DNA from: Azolla caroliniana
Lineage: Eukaryota > Plantae > Polypodiophyta
Direction of reading: 5' to 3'
DNA length: 64,000 bases
Assembly (NCBI GenBank): GCA_043228905.1
Contig: JBHGNT010000015.1
Span: forward strand, 11,346,001 to 11,410,000
The notes beneath the pieces were generated by a model. It had not been told where the DNA came from. It saw nothing but the letters and a program-made list of their open reading frames with translations, and searched no databases. Shown here in pieces: positions 1-11,192 of the stretch (position 1 is the first letter of the stretch; each line of letters begins with the position of its first letter). The translations under genes and the position numbers were made by a program.

Positions 1-570
1 TCTATCGATGATGGATTGACACAAACATGGATAGTAGTCTCTCGGGCTTCTTTTCATGTTACTCCATGTTTGGAGTGCTTTACCACATTTGATGCAGGCA
101 ACTATGGAAGAGTTTATCTTTGTAACCATAGTGCTTGTAATATTTATGGTATTGGCACCATTCACATGTCTTTGGATAATGGTCAAGAGCTCGTGCTCAA
201 AGATGTGAGGTATGTACCTCGAATTAAGAAAAGTTTGCCATCTGTAAGACAAATGGATTGTGGATATACCTCGCATGATTACATCACTTTATTCGATGGA
301 GAATTGTCGAAACACTAGAAAGAATCTACGGTTATTGTGAAAGGTTGCAAAAAGGTCACTATGTACTGTTTGCAATGTAAAGCTTTACCTGGAAGGTTTC
401 TTGCTATTGCTGAATTTGACTCTTGTTTAGAGATTTGGCATAAGAGATTTGGACATATGAGCCAAAAAGGGCTTGAAGTCCTTGCTATACTAAAAAGATT
501 TGATGTTAAAGGATCAAATTTGATTTTTTGTAATGATTGTCTATTTCGCAAACAAGTGAGAAATTATTAT
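1..570 (+). pseudogene. Degenerate Ty1/copia pol fragment (protease to pre-integrase)
   Basis: Translations TWIVVSRASFHVTP, LVLKDVRYVP and IWHKRFGHMSQKGL match copia protease and GAG-pre-integrase motifs. Frames are broken. Confidence 0.8.
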
Positions 571-3500
571 TATTATTCTAATGTCAACAAATTTTTGGTC
601 TCATCATTAGAGGTACCAATTAAACGATCCATAAAAAAAATAGTGAAGGTAAGAACTCCAAACAAACCACCAAATATTCCACACAATGAACATATGGAAT
701 GTAAACCTATAAAGGGTGATTGATGATTGGGAACAATGCACAACACAAACAAGCATCAATAGCTAATTATAGTCAATGATGACAAACACACATCACCCCC
801 AAAAACATGAACTCCTAAATTTCTAAACTATACGTTGTCGATTTACATGGCTTGGTTATGATGGCAAAACAACACCCATAACAATGCTACAACCAAGAAT
901 CCCAAAGAAAATAAAGTTAAGAAAATCAAGTACCAAGATAATAGAATTAGATTGATGAATAAAGAACAACTTAATTAGTATGTCTTTCCACAAGGGGTGC
1001 TCTCCTATCGAAGCATTAGGAAAGGTGCAACATCGACATAGCGAGAGTGTCAATAATCTTGGCTAACCGCTGACTGAACACATATTAGTGTACTGTTAAC
1101 CGAATGTATAAATATAAAACAAAGAGAGGGACATTGCATGTTTACATCTTCTTGCTAATCAACTAAGAGAGCATCAATCGTCAAACTGACTTAAAATATT
1201 CTGGAGTTACAACTTGAAGAGGGGTATTGTAGCTAGAACCCACAAAATCTTTAATACTAACAATACGAAGAATTATAGGACTAATGATGATGACCCGCAA
1301 CAATTTAATAGACTTGCTACTATGATAATAAAACAAAACCAACATTGCAAACTTTCTTAACCATCGATTTAAAATGAAAAGAACTTTAGAAACAAGACTC
1401 TGGTAAACCATCAATTAACTTCACATACGATAACTCCAGAAAACCCTAAGAACCATTTTGCAGTTTTTTTGTTCAAAAAATTTCTTTGACATATTCTATA
1501 TTCACATAAATATAACGGTAAAACGAACATAGCTAATTCATAAGAAAAGCAAAGAATAATGACGAGAGATGTATGGTAAGGAAGGAGATATACACAATGA
1601 AGCAGAAGTATCAGATGATCCATAAAGAGCTTCACCTCATCAATGAAGATTCGGCACAGAGAAAGAATGGAGGGGAAGGATCCAATTTGAGGTGTACAAG
1701 ATCCTTAGGAGTTGTCTTCTTCTATAGTTTGTTCATCTCATCTTAAGACCTCTTTCTCTTCGTTTTCCTTTTTTTCGTTCTACCCTTTTAGTATTTCCTG
1801 TAGAGTTTTGTTATTTATTTTTGCTTTATCAACCTTCTCCTTATTCATGGCTATTAAAATGAAGCCATCTACCTCTTTTAGCTCTTCACTTAGGTTTCCC
1901 TCAGCTAAAGCCTTCTCTATATCTAGAAGTATTTTAACTTTACTTTTAAATTTGATTCACTTGTTTCTTCGTGAAATAAATGTGTAGAGAACTTATTTCT
2001 TTTTTGTGTAAGCTCACGAAGCTTTAGCATGATTGTCACTACATCCACTCTCTCATAAGTTTCATGCTCCTATTCAAAGTTTTGTTGGATTAAATTTAAA
2101 CGTTTTTTACGTGCACTATCAGTCTCTAGAGCGAGCACGTCGTAATATGTAATATTTTTCTTTTTATTGTTTTTATTTAAAACTAATGTTTTATACTCTT
2201 GTGAAGATGTTTCATAAAACTTATTAGGTAGTGTCTCTGTAAAAGTATGAATGCTTTGTTCTAATTCATAAACTAAAGACACGACAAAAAGCAATCGGCT
2301 CGTACTAATATTTTGGTAGATAGCACGTGCCTTTTCTTTAGCCTCCAAATTTGTACTAGTTAATTTATGTTCTTTTATCTTTGCCTCTAAACTTTCTATC
2401 TTTTGGCTAAATTCTTCTTTGTTCTTTTCTATGGTACCCTTTAAGCCCTGTACACTTTTAATTAAGTCATTTAACACCTTCGAGGGTGAAGATTCAACCA
2501 AAAAGGTTTTGTTTTTTCACCTAGTGAATCCTTCAACTCCTTTCTCTCTAATGGCATTGAATCTATACAATTAAATCATTATAGTTCTTCGTCTCTAAAT
2601 CCCCTCATATATTATCGCAGGTTGTCGATACCAACAACCGTGGCGTTGAAAATGTAGCTTTGCTGCTTGCACATGAACAAAGTAAAGGCTTAAATTAGTA
2701 ACTCAAATAGTTGAATCCTTTATCTAATGTTCTTAATAAGTGATCCATTAAAGAGAAGATTAACAATAATGAAAAAAATACCTTGTGAATCCATCTCCAC
2801 GAGAAGATGGTGAATCACGGGTGTAAAAGTTACTTACCTACAGAAAGCACACAAGTGGGATCATTTAAGCTCAACGCGTTAGAAAAGATAACATAAAATT
2901 ATGTGTAAAATTTTATACATAAATCTTAACGAATCTTATACATACATACATCTTAACAAAAATACCCATTATTATACTTATTCTGACAACGAATAAAGGT
3001 TTTCTCGATCCTAAATTCAAAGAAATGCTTAGTAACTTTGCCTTTTCTTGGGTCACTTCAACAAATCTCATGCATTCTTAACAAAAAGAGTCATACAAAT
3101 TCTCAATTGCAATGTGAATGCATAATTAGGAACTTTGCTTCGACCACCTTTGATAAAACATGGATTATGGTATCTAATTTACCACACAAGAGCTTGTCCT
3201 TCAAATTTTTTATGTCCATTGAGACTGAGGCCATCCATCCTTATTGATCGTATCAGACCTTATCTCATTACCAATATGAGTAATAATTCTCGTAGAGCCC
3301 TTACACTACTTTGCACTTGATCTTGCAAGTTAGGTATTCAAGTTGCATCATGGTATCAAAACGTAACGAATTTGAAGACACTTGCTCTTCACATGGTCAA
3401 CATATAGTGCAATTCGTTCAAGATATGCTGACATACTAAGAGGGAGTGATAACTTAAGTGCCATACTTTAGATACCACCTAGAAGGTTAAGCTCATATGT

Positions 3501-3761
3501 GTATGCTTTATTAACACAGAGAATTTGTGCTTCAACGTATGAATACCGCTTCTTAGGGAGGAGACTTATATCAAGAACACATGTATACTCTGGTCCCATA
3601 GGTCATAATTGGCCTCTTTATGGACGATAAAGCATCTATTTCTAATTCTAACTCTCTCTCTTCTTTTATTTTTATCGTAATTAGCTTACCTAATGGTAAG
3701 CTGTTACACTACAAGCACCTATGTCTCGGGTTCGAAACCCAATTTTCTCACTTCTCTATTG

Positions 3762-4132
3762 TGTTGTATGTATGGCTGGACTAGCCGCAACACAGGTGTC
3801 TATCCGACACTTCTCCAAAGGGGTGGTAGGGATAGGATGTTAATACACGCGTATGATAATTACACTTAAGCACAGACGAAGACAAGATTAATCAGCATAA
3901 GCAAAACTATATTAATTCTTCGCCCCTTCATTACAAAACATCGGATCCTTTTATAGGCATCCGGCCAGATTACAATCGGTGCTCGGTAGGCAACCGTTAA
4001 CCGAAATCGAATCGGTTCGGATCCGGATCGGTTACAACTACCGGATCCGTCCCTCCTAATAATTCTATTCCTATTTCTATATTTATCCGATCCGACCTTG
4101 CTTTCCCATTTGCCTTCTCTGACCGGCCAACA
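3762..4132. mobile_element. Solo LTR (371 bp), resembling the Gypsy B LTR family
   Basis: TGTTG...CAACA termini and 5-bp TSD TATTG (3757-3761, 4133-4137). The paralogous empty site CTCTATTGCATAC is at ~61625. Confidence 0.9.
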
Positions 4133-4180
4133 TATTGCATACTTTATAGTAGTATCTCTCAATTCACTATATGCCACTAT

Positions 4181-4248
4181 GGAATGTAGGGGTTGAACCC
4201 ATGACCTCCTGGTCTCCATTGGGAAACCTTACCAACTAAGCTACATCC
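4181..4248 (-). mobile_element. tRNA-derived SINE-like head
   Basis: Minus strand GGATGTAGCTTAGTTGGTAAGG...GGGTTCAACCCCTACATTCC has A-box and B-box-like motifs but no canonical anticodon arm. Paralog at 61677-61744. Confidence 0.55.
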
Positions 4249-4299
4249 ATCTCTCCCTCTCCCTCTCCTATGTATTGCCTTAAACAAGTAGAGAGTCTG

Positions 4300-5048
4300 A
4301 GTATCACACTTTGATACAATGTATTGTGTTTGGTCATATTCGACTATGTTTTTCACACATCGTCGACCAAACCCAATCCTTGCACAAATTGCGACCTTCA
4401 ACTTTCGTAGATATTGCTTTCACTCCATGCCTACAATCAAATACAAAAGCATGGTGTATATCCCAATTATGACACAATCCCCAAGACCTTAGAAATAGGA
4501 AAACAATCTCCATCTCTGATTTTGGGTCAACCTATGTGAATTGTGTAAACATTCACTATCTGGGCATCAAATAACATTATACTTGCCAAATTTGGGAAAT
4601 GTTACTCCAAATGTAGCAAGCAATAGAACATTGTATGGAATGATGAGATGTATCTTCGACCTGAACCATGCATAAAAACTATTTCCCATTCCTAGTCCAC
4701 GTCATTTTTGAGGTAATCCCAATAGCAAACCTCCAATCTAAACTTTCCAATGAAGTTCGTTGCAACAAGTAAGAATTTAGAATGCCAACTACATTTTAGG
4801 ATCATCGACCATCCATACACAGAGTTATGTACTTTCCACTCTTTTTCAGCCCTAGATGATAGCCATAGAAGAGACAACGACGCAATGATACAAGATATTA
4901 ATAGTCACATGTAACAATGGCATTTGACCCTATAAACACCAATCAACCCATGTTTGATTAGTTGAGAGCGCAATCTATCATTTCCAAGCCAACTAGATGA
5001 TTGGAAGTCTTTTTGTAGAGAATTCCAATGCCTCCACTAGATGATGGT
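4300..5048 (-). pseudogene. Degenerate LINE 3' region (paralog of 61800-62545)
   Basis: Its paralog lies downstream of a LINE RT fragment. Trp-rich, broken frames. Confidence 0.4.
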
Positions 5049-7030
5049 TGTTACCGTACGAGATGTACAGGTGATTGATAAGTGTGATAAGTGAGGGTGG
5101 AAGATGTAATTTATGTATAATGTTAGACGATTATGAGTGTAAATGTAAGTGTGAGTGTGGTGGATACAAAGAGGTGTGAGTGAGTGACTAGGTGTGAATG
5201 GCTAGGGGGCTTGCACCCTTGTGTATCCACCCTTTTGTACCTATTTAACCCCATATGGGGAATGAATGAATACAAGGAACATTTCTCTCTCAATCTCTCT
5301 CTTGTCATTTCTCTCTCTCTCTCTCTCTCTCTCTCTTCCCCCTTACGTTGAACCCCCTTGGGAGGGGGGTGGAGCCATTCTAGGCACCACCCCCCACCCC
5401 TCAATGCTTGTCTTGTTGTTCATGATCTCACTCACCATCATGTCATTCATCATTTTCACTATTACACCATGGCTATCTTCATCATCAATAATCATTATCA
5501 TAAATATTAACCGTAACCCTAAAAGCATACAACACTTTTTGGCGACCACTAAGGCTACCCCCCTTTGGGGACGAAGTCGAAGACTACTATGTGGTAAAGA
5601 CATGGCAACGACGAAATGTGCGAGAAATCAAATGGATGATGTGTGGGAAATGGTGATGTTGATTGGAAGACATCGAGGTCGAGGAATGCAACATGATGAT
5701 GTTGTGCGAGAGGACGTCGCAAAAGGATACGCAACAAACGTATGTTCAAGCATGTTTCCGAAAGCGGTTAGCAACAATGTGTGTGTTTTCAAAAGCGTGG
5801 TGCAAGATGCACGGCTGGACAAACAACGACGTAGAGGGAACCGGTGTTAGCACGACCGGAAAGAGAATCCCACCAGGAGATTGCGGAGGAAGACGCAATG
5901 TGTGGAGTGGAGGCCGACAAGCTATGCTGAGAATGCATGAGAGATGGTTCTAAAAGAAGTAACACAAAGAGAGTCGGAACCGGAATCGGAACCAGAACCG
6001 GAGCCCATTAACACCGAAGGGCTGAATTAGATGGAGAAGGAGATGTAGACGCACATCAGACATCAACAACAACAACAAAAATGGTCGGAAAAACGAAGGG
6101 ACGACCCAACATGACAAACGGACACATGGCCATATGGAGACGGAAACCAAGACAGAGATGGATAGGGATGGAGACAAAGACCCGTAAGGACACGGACAGC
6201 CAGGACAGACACGACTGGAAAGACGAAGGATCGGACTAGATTAGACAAACGACCAGATGAAACGAGCGGTCGATAGACAACGACAAAGGCGACAGGCAGA
6301 CCTAGACAAAGACAAAGACACCGACTCGACATAGCCAGAAACGGAGAAGTCAGACGAGACGACGTGATGCAAAAAGTCACAGACGGAGGCCGGAGACAAA
6401 CACATAAGTCGGATGAGACGACGTGATGGAACGGTCCGGATAGAAGAAATGGAAAAAGAACGACATGAACCGGATGGATAAAGCCCGAAAGACGTCCAAA
6501 ACGGAAAGAGACACCGGATGGATGTCCAAAATCAGACAGCGGAAGGGCCAGAAAGACAGTGACGACTAGATGGGGCCGGAATAGCCAAACAATGGCCGTC
6601 AAGCGACGCAATGGCGGCCAAGAAGTGGCCGGAGTGGTCGGACAACATCTAGAATGGCCAGATAGGGGCTGCAGAGATGACGACGGCTCAACAACCGACG
6701 ACAGGAACAATGATGACGCCGAAAGAACACCGGAGAGACACTGGCCGAAGATGGAGTCGATTGGACAGAAACCGAACAGTGGAAAGCTTGAGAAAAGCAA
6801 GACCGAAATGGCCAGAGATGGGAGCAGCCGGACAGTAGCCGAACCGACTGTCGAAAAACCGGCCGGAATGGATCGAACGACGACCGAAACGGGCCGGACT
6901 AAGACGAATCGATGGCTAGAACAACGACACTGACAGAGACAGACGAGAAGCCGGAAAAGCGCCGGTCGAAGAGTGGTCGAAGTGGCCGAACGGCACCGGA
7001 AGGGAGACGGAGACGACAACGGAGATGGAT
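5049..7030 (+). mobile_element. 5' part of a truncated Gypsy-type LTR element (LTR 5049-5534, PBS, degenerate internal region)
   Basis: Homology to the paralog breaks exactly at TGTTACC (5049). LTR ends TACAACA (5534), followed by TGGCGACCACT. No second LTR seen and the right boundary is approximate. Confidence 0.65.
5540..5554 (+). promoter_or_regulatory. PBS, tRNA-Arg type (TGGCGACCACT)
   Basis: Starts with TGG 5 nt after the LTR end and matches a common plant Gypsy Arg PBS. Confidence 0.7.
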
Positions 7031-8344
7031 ATTGCTTGGGTCTAGATTTCATGCCCAAGATCTCTCCTATTCCTTCCTTTGACTGTGTAGAGACTAACAA
7101 AGCCACTTTGCTATGCTCAAGGAGACAATTTCATTCAAGTTGCATGGTTCCATTATAGATCAACAAGTGTGTAGCATAATGCATCAAGTAAAATAGTTTT
7201 AAGGGACGTCATGCTATTATAGCTACTCTTGGATAAGATAAGTTATCCAAGGAGGATTGTTTAACAATAGTTAGAGCCCGAACCACTTGCTTTTTGTGCA
7301 TCATGAACCTACTCAATGAACTACTTGATGTCATACTCGCAATAATTACCTCGAGACAAAATTGCCCTTACATTAATTACCTGAACCCTTCTTAACTATT
7401 CATCCAAACACTACTTAAAATATCATAAATGAAATCCATTTGTATTTGTGTGGCTTAAGAGCTATTGTAAGAAGTTAACATGTTATAAAGACCATTTCTT
7501 CACATTAAGACAGTGTGAGCTTCACCATGTCCCAACTACATGTATACCAATGCACTTCAATGTGCTATTCTTCAATGATGATATGTCACATAGACATGCT
7601 CAAGATCTAGTAGCCCTACATGTGGTTCACAATTGATGACATATGCAACCATCTTATGAGAGTTCATGGAGTGATGCTCTCATGTTTTACTTCTCTCATA
7701 TATATATTTAGTTTGTGCATTGCATCATCCACAACATGATCCCTATATCATTATGAGTTGATGACAACCTAATTACGTTGATAAGCTTTTAGTTTGTTGT
7801 CCATCCATTGGCCATTTAGACCTCTTTGGAGATGCTAATTTGTTTTTATTTCTTTTTTTTAAAGGCGAGTGATTTTACATGCACGTCGTACATCCATTTT
7901 ACTCAGACCATTCACATAAGGAAGAGGGACATTTCTCTATTTTCAAAAACAATTTCTATCTTTTAGTAAGGTTATTGATTGAGTTCTTAGAGATGGAAGT
8001 GTTGGCAAATATTTCTCTCTACACACAAAATGCCATGAGAATATTTTTAAATTAAAAAAAATAAAATTGATTACAACAATGAGATCTATTTTCAGTGATA
8101 CAAGAAAATTCTACTTGAATTTTCTGAAATCATATCCTTAGATATAAAAAAAAACCCTAAATGTGGCTAATCTACACCATATCAACACAGGTAAAACGGG
8201 AAAAAAACTAATTGCGACTTGTCTGCATAGAAATGTGAAACTCTACTACTTGTGACATGTCTAAACTATATCTGTGAAATAACACATAAGTGAACTCGTA
8301 CGGAAAAGAGAAAATGCAAAAAATGAGGAACCACGAATTGCCAT

Positions 8345-9055
8345 ATATGCACAAGTAAGAAAAAAACAATGAAATTTACCAAGTAGGGTTAAAATAAAAA
8401 TGGCAATGCTCAGGGAAAACAGAAGCAGAATCGAGGGGAAAGAGGAGGAGGAAAAACAAATTTAAGGCAGAGACATAACCATGTCCACAATACTTAACCT
8501 TAAAACTTTGAAAACCTAACCTTAAAACTTTGAGACCTAAGCCCTGGACATTACCCTAATCATACTTGAGAAAGAAAGAAAGAAAGTACTTAATTGTGTG
8601 CAGAAGAACTCCTAGAAGATGGAAGGAAACGGAAGAGGGAAAAATGAAAGAAAGAGGAAGGGAAGATATTGATAGGAGAGCTTCAAGCATTACAAGTTAA
8701 GCGTGCTTGAGCTAGAACAGTATTGGGATGGGTGATCTCCCGAGAAGTCTTGGTTACATCTTTCCCTTATCAGTATCTTCCCTTCGTCTTTCTTCCCTCT
8801 TCCGTTTCCTTCCGTCTTCGAGGAGTTCTTTTGCTAACAAGTAAGCACTTTCTTTCTTTCTTTCTGATGTACGATTAGGGTTACGCGTAGGGCTTAGGTC
8901 TCAAAGTTTTAAGGTTAGGTTTTGTGAACATGGTTATGTTTCTGCCTTAAATTTGCTTTTCCTCTTCCTCTTTCACCTCGATTCCGCTTTTGTTTTCCCT
9001 GAGCATTGCCATTTTTATTTTAACCCTACTTTGTAAATTTCGTTTTTTCGTGCCA
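8345..9055. repeat. Long imperfect inverted repeat (arms ~8345-8680 and ~8760-9055)
   Basis: For example GTAGGGTTAAAATAAAAATGGCAATGCTCAGGGAAAACA (8383) against TGTTTTCCCTGAGCATTGCCATTTTTATTTTAACCCTAC (8991). Confidence 0.9.
8694..8750 (+). pseudogene. 5S rRNA-derived fragment with internal Pol III promoter (Cassandra-like core)
   Basis: AAGTTAAGCGTGCTTGAGCTAGAACAGTATTGGGATGGGTGATCTCCCGAGAAGTC resembles plant 5S AAGTTAAGCGTGCTTGGGCGAGAGTAGTACTAGGATGGGTGACCTCCTGGGAAGTC. Confidence 0.85.
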
Positions 9056-10909
9056 TATCCCTTTTCATGCATGAGATAATGGGAATTATGTGAAACTGGC
9101 TCTAGCTTTTAGGGATTCAGCTGATCATCATATTTTTTTTGTTAGATTCTTGTCTCCCTCATATGTATTTTCAACTAGTAGTTTTGAAAATCAGGCAAGC
9201 ATTTGATTCAATGAGGGTGCATTTTCTCAAACACTGATGCTAGGTTTCTTCCAGATTAGGGAAGTGGCATTGTACTTTTGTGATATCTTTAACGTTTGCT
9301 TTTAATGATCCTTACTTACATTCAATTTTTGAAATTTGAACAATCTTCCCCATCTTCTTGTGTTATTCTGACAATCAGATTAGGGAAGTCCCGATGTTGC
9401 AGTTATTTTTCATTTTCTTTGATTGTGATTGTGATTGTGCTTCTCCCCTGATTAGCAATTTGTTTTGGGGCCTCTACACATGAGATTTAACTTTAGGCCT
9501 GGCCACAATCCTTTCTTGGAATCAATACGATCTTTGTTGTGATATTTTTCATGACCATCATGTTTCTCCTAATTCTAATAATAATCATTTGTTTCATGTC
9601 TTAGTAATAGATAAGGAACATTCTACGCTATTTCCAGTTTCAGTCATTACTTCTTCACATTTATACCTCTTTTTTTGCATCCTTAACTTCTTTTTTGCTT
9701 TAGATTCTTTTTCATCTCCATGGAATTTAGTTTCTCGCATGCTCACCTTCCTTCCATTCAAAATCAAATGATCTTCCTCATGTTGCTCCATTATTATGAG
9801 ATTAGTGTTTTATTGCAAGTCCTGGTAGAGAGACATTTTCCTTTTCTTTTGAACATTATTGTAGTTTTTTATCGATTAACATGGTGCTATGTTTTGTCCA
9901 TGGCATCGTCATTTTCCCACATCTGTAGCTTGTTTTGATGCTTCATGCTTATGGAGTCATTCTAATTCTTCGATTCTTTGCCTCAGGAAACAAGGCCCTT
10001 TCTAATCGACACATCCTTAGGTCAATGTCAACTGGTATTGCTCACATGCCATCAATATCTGATTCGGACATCCTCCATGCCCTATGGCAGCTCATGGCTG
10101 TAAACTGGATAGAAATATCCGATGAGGGTAAAGATGATGTTTAAGCAGCACTCACCAAAAAAACTGATGATGCATTGGGCTTGTAGGAGCTGAAAAATGC
10201 TTGGGGAGTTGTTGAGGCAGTAGAGAAGTTCTCAAGGATCTTGGTATCATTAAGGATGGTTTTGGATGACTACTCTAGTGCGTTTGGAGATGTATGTAGT
10301 CATATGATTCGTTTGTTATTTAATCTTGAAATTATTGAAGATATTATGATTCTCTCATTGTATAGGCATGTTGGTACTCATTCATTTCTTATAATTTCGA
10401 AGTTTGATATGCTTCTCTATGATGCTCTCATTTCTACAGATGTATTATTATGATTCTCAAAGGCTTGATAGCTTCTCTCATTTATGGAGATGTTTGTAGT
10501 CATGATTCTCTCAGTATGGAAGCTTAATATGCCTAGAAACTCTATGATTTTCTCATTGTTAAATATGACATGCTTGCAAACTGTATGGCAACATGGGATT
10601 GACTACACTGGCCACTGACCGTTCATGATATTTTCAGAAGGTGAGGCCATTGTCGCCTGTGCTTTTGGAAGCATTAAAATCTACGTTGTCCAAGTACAAC
10701 ACCTATCTTGCATCTTTTGGCGAAGATGAGTTCTACCTAAAGAAAAAAGTTGAAGAGGAGCTTGGAAGCTTGTTGGCTCATATTAAGCAACGGTGCAGTG
10801 GTCTTGGTCCAGAATAGGGAAATGTAACATTTTTTCTTCTTACCTTGCAATTTTTGTTTCCATTTATGTCATGCTTCATGTATAATTTTACTACATGATT
10901 TGTCAATAG

Positions 10910-11192
10910 ATAAGCCTTCTTGGAACATTTGGTATCTCTGGCTCCTTTATTGAGCATCGTGCTCATTGATTAGGAATGCAGGTATTTCATGCCAGATGAC
11001 CATGCAATTTGTTTTAAATTAAATTTTTTGATGTAGGCCAAAGGAAAATAAGCCTTCTCGGAACATCAGGTATCTCTGGCTCCTTTATTGAGCATCGTGC
11101 TCATTGATTTGGAATGCAGGTATTTCATGCCAGATGACCATGCAATTTGTTTTAAATTAAATTGTTTGTTTGATGTAGGACAAAGGAAAATA
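10910..11192. repeat. Tandem duplication, ~138-bp unit x2
   Basis: ATAAGCCTTCT...CAAAGGAAAATAA starts at both 10910 and 11048. Confidence 0.9.

Larger units (their letters stand above)
1..5048. repeat. Duplicated block, copy A
   Basis: 308-1711 aligns with 15900-17303, 2850-5048 with 60741-62545, and 1-235 aligns inverted with ~15490-15728. Confidence 0.9.

Noticed and set aside
6063-7106. 347-aa minus-strand ORF
   Set aside because: Antisense shadow of a GA-rich LTR-element interior, with biased composition and no motifs.
8694-8750. Functional 5S rRNA gene
   Set aside because: Only ~57 nt, diverged, lacking the 5' portion and an array context.
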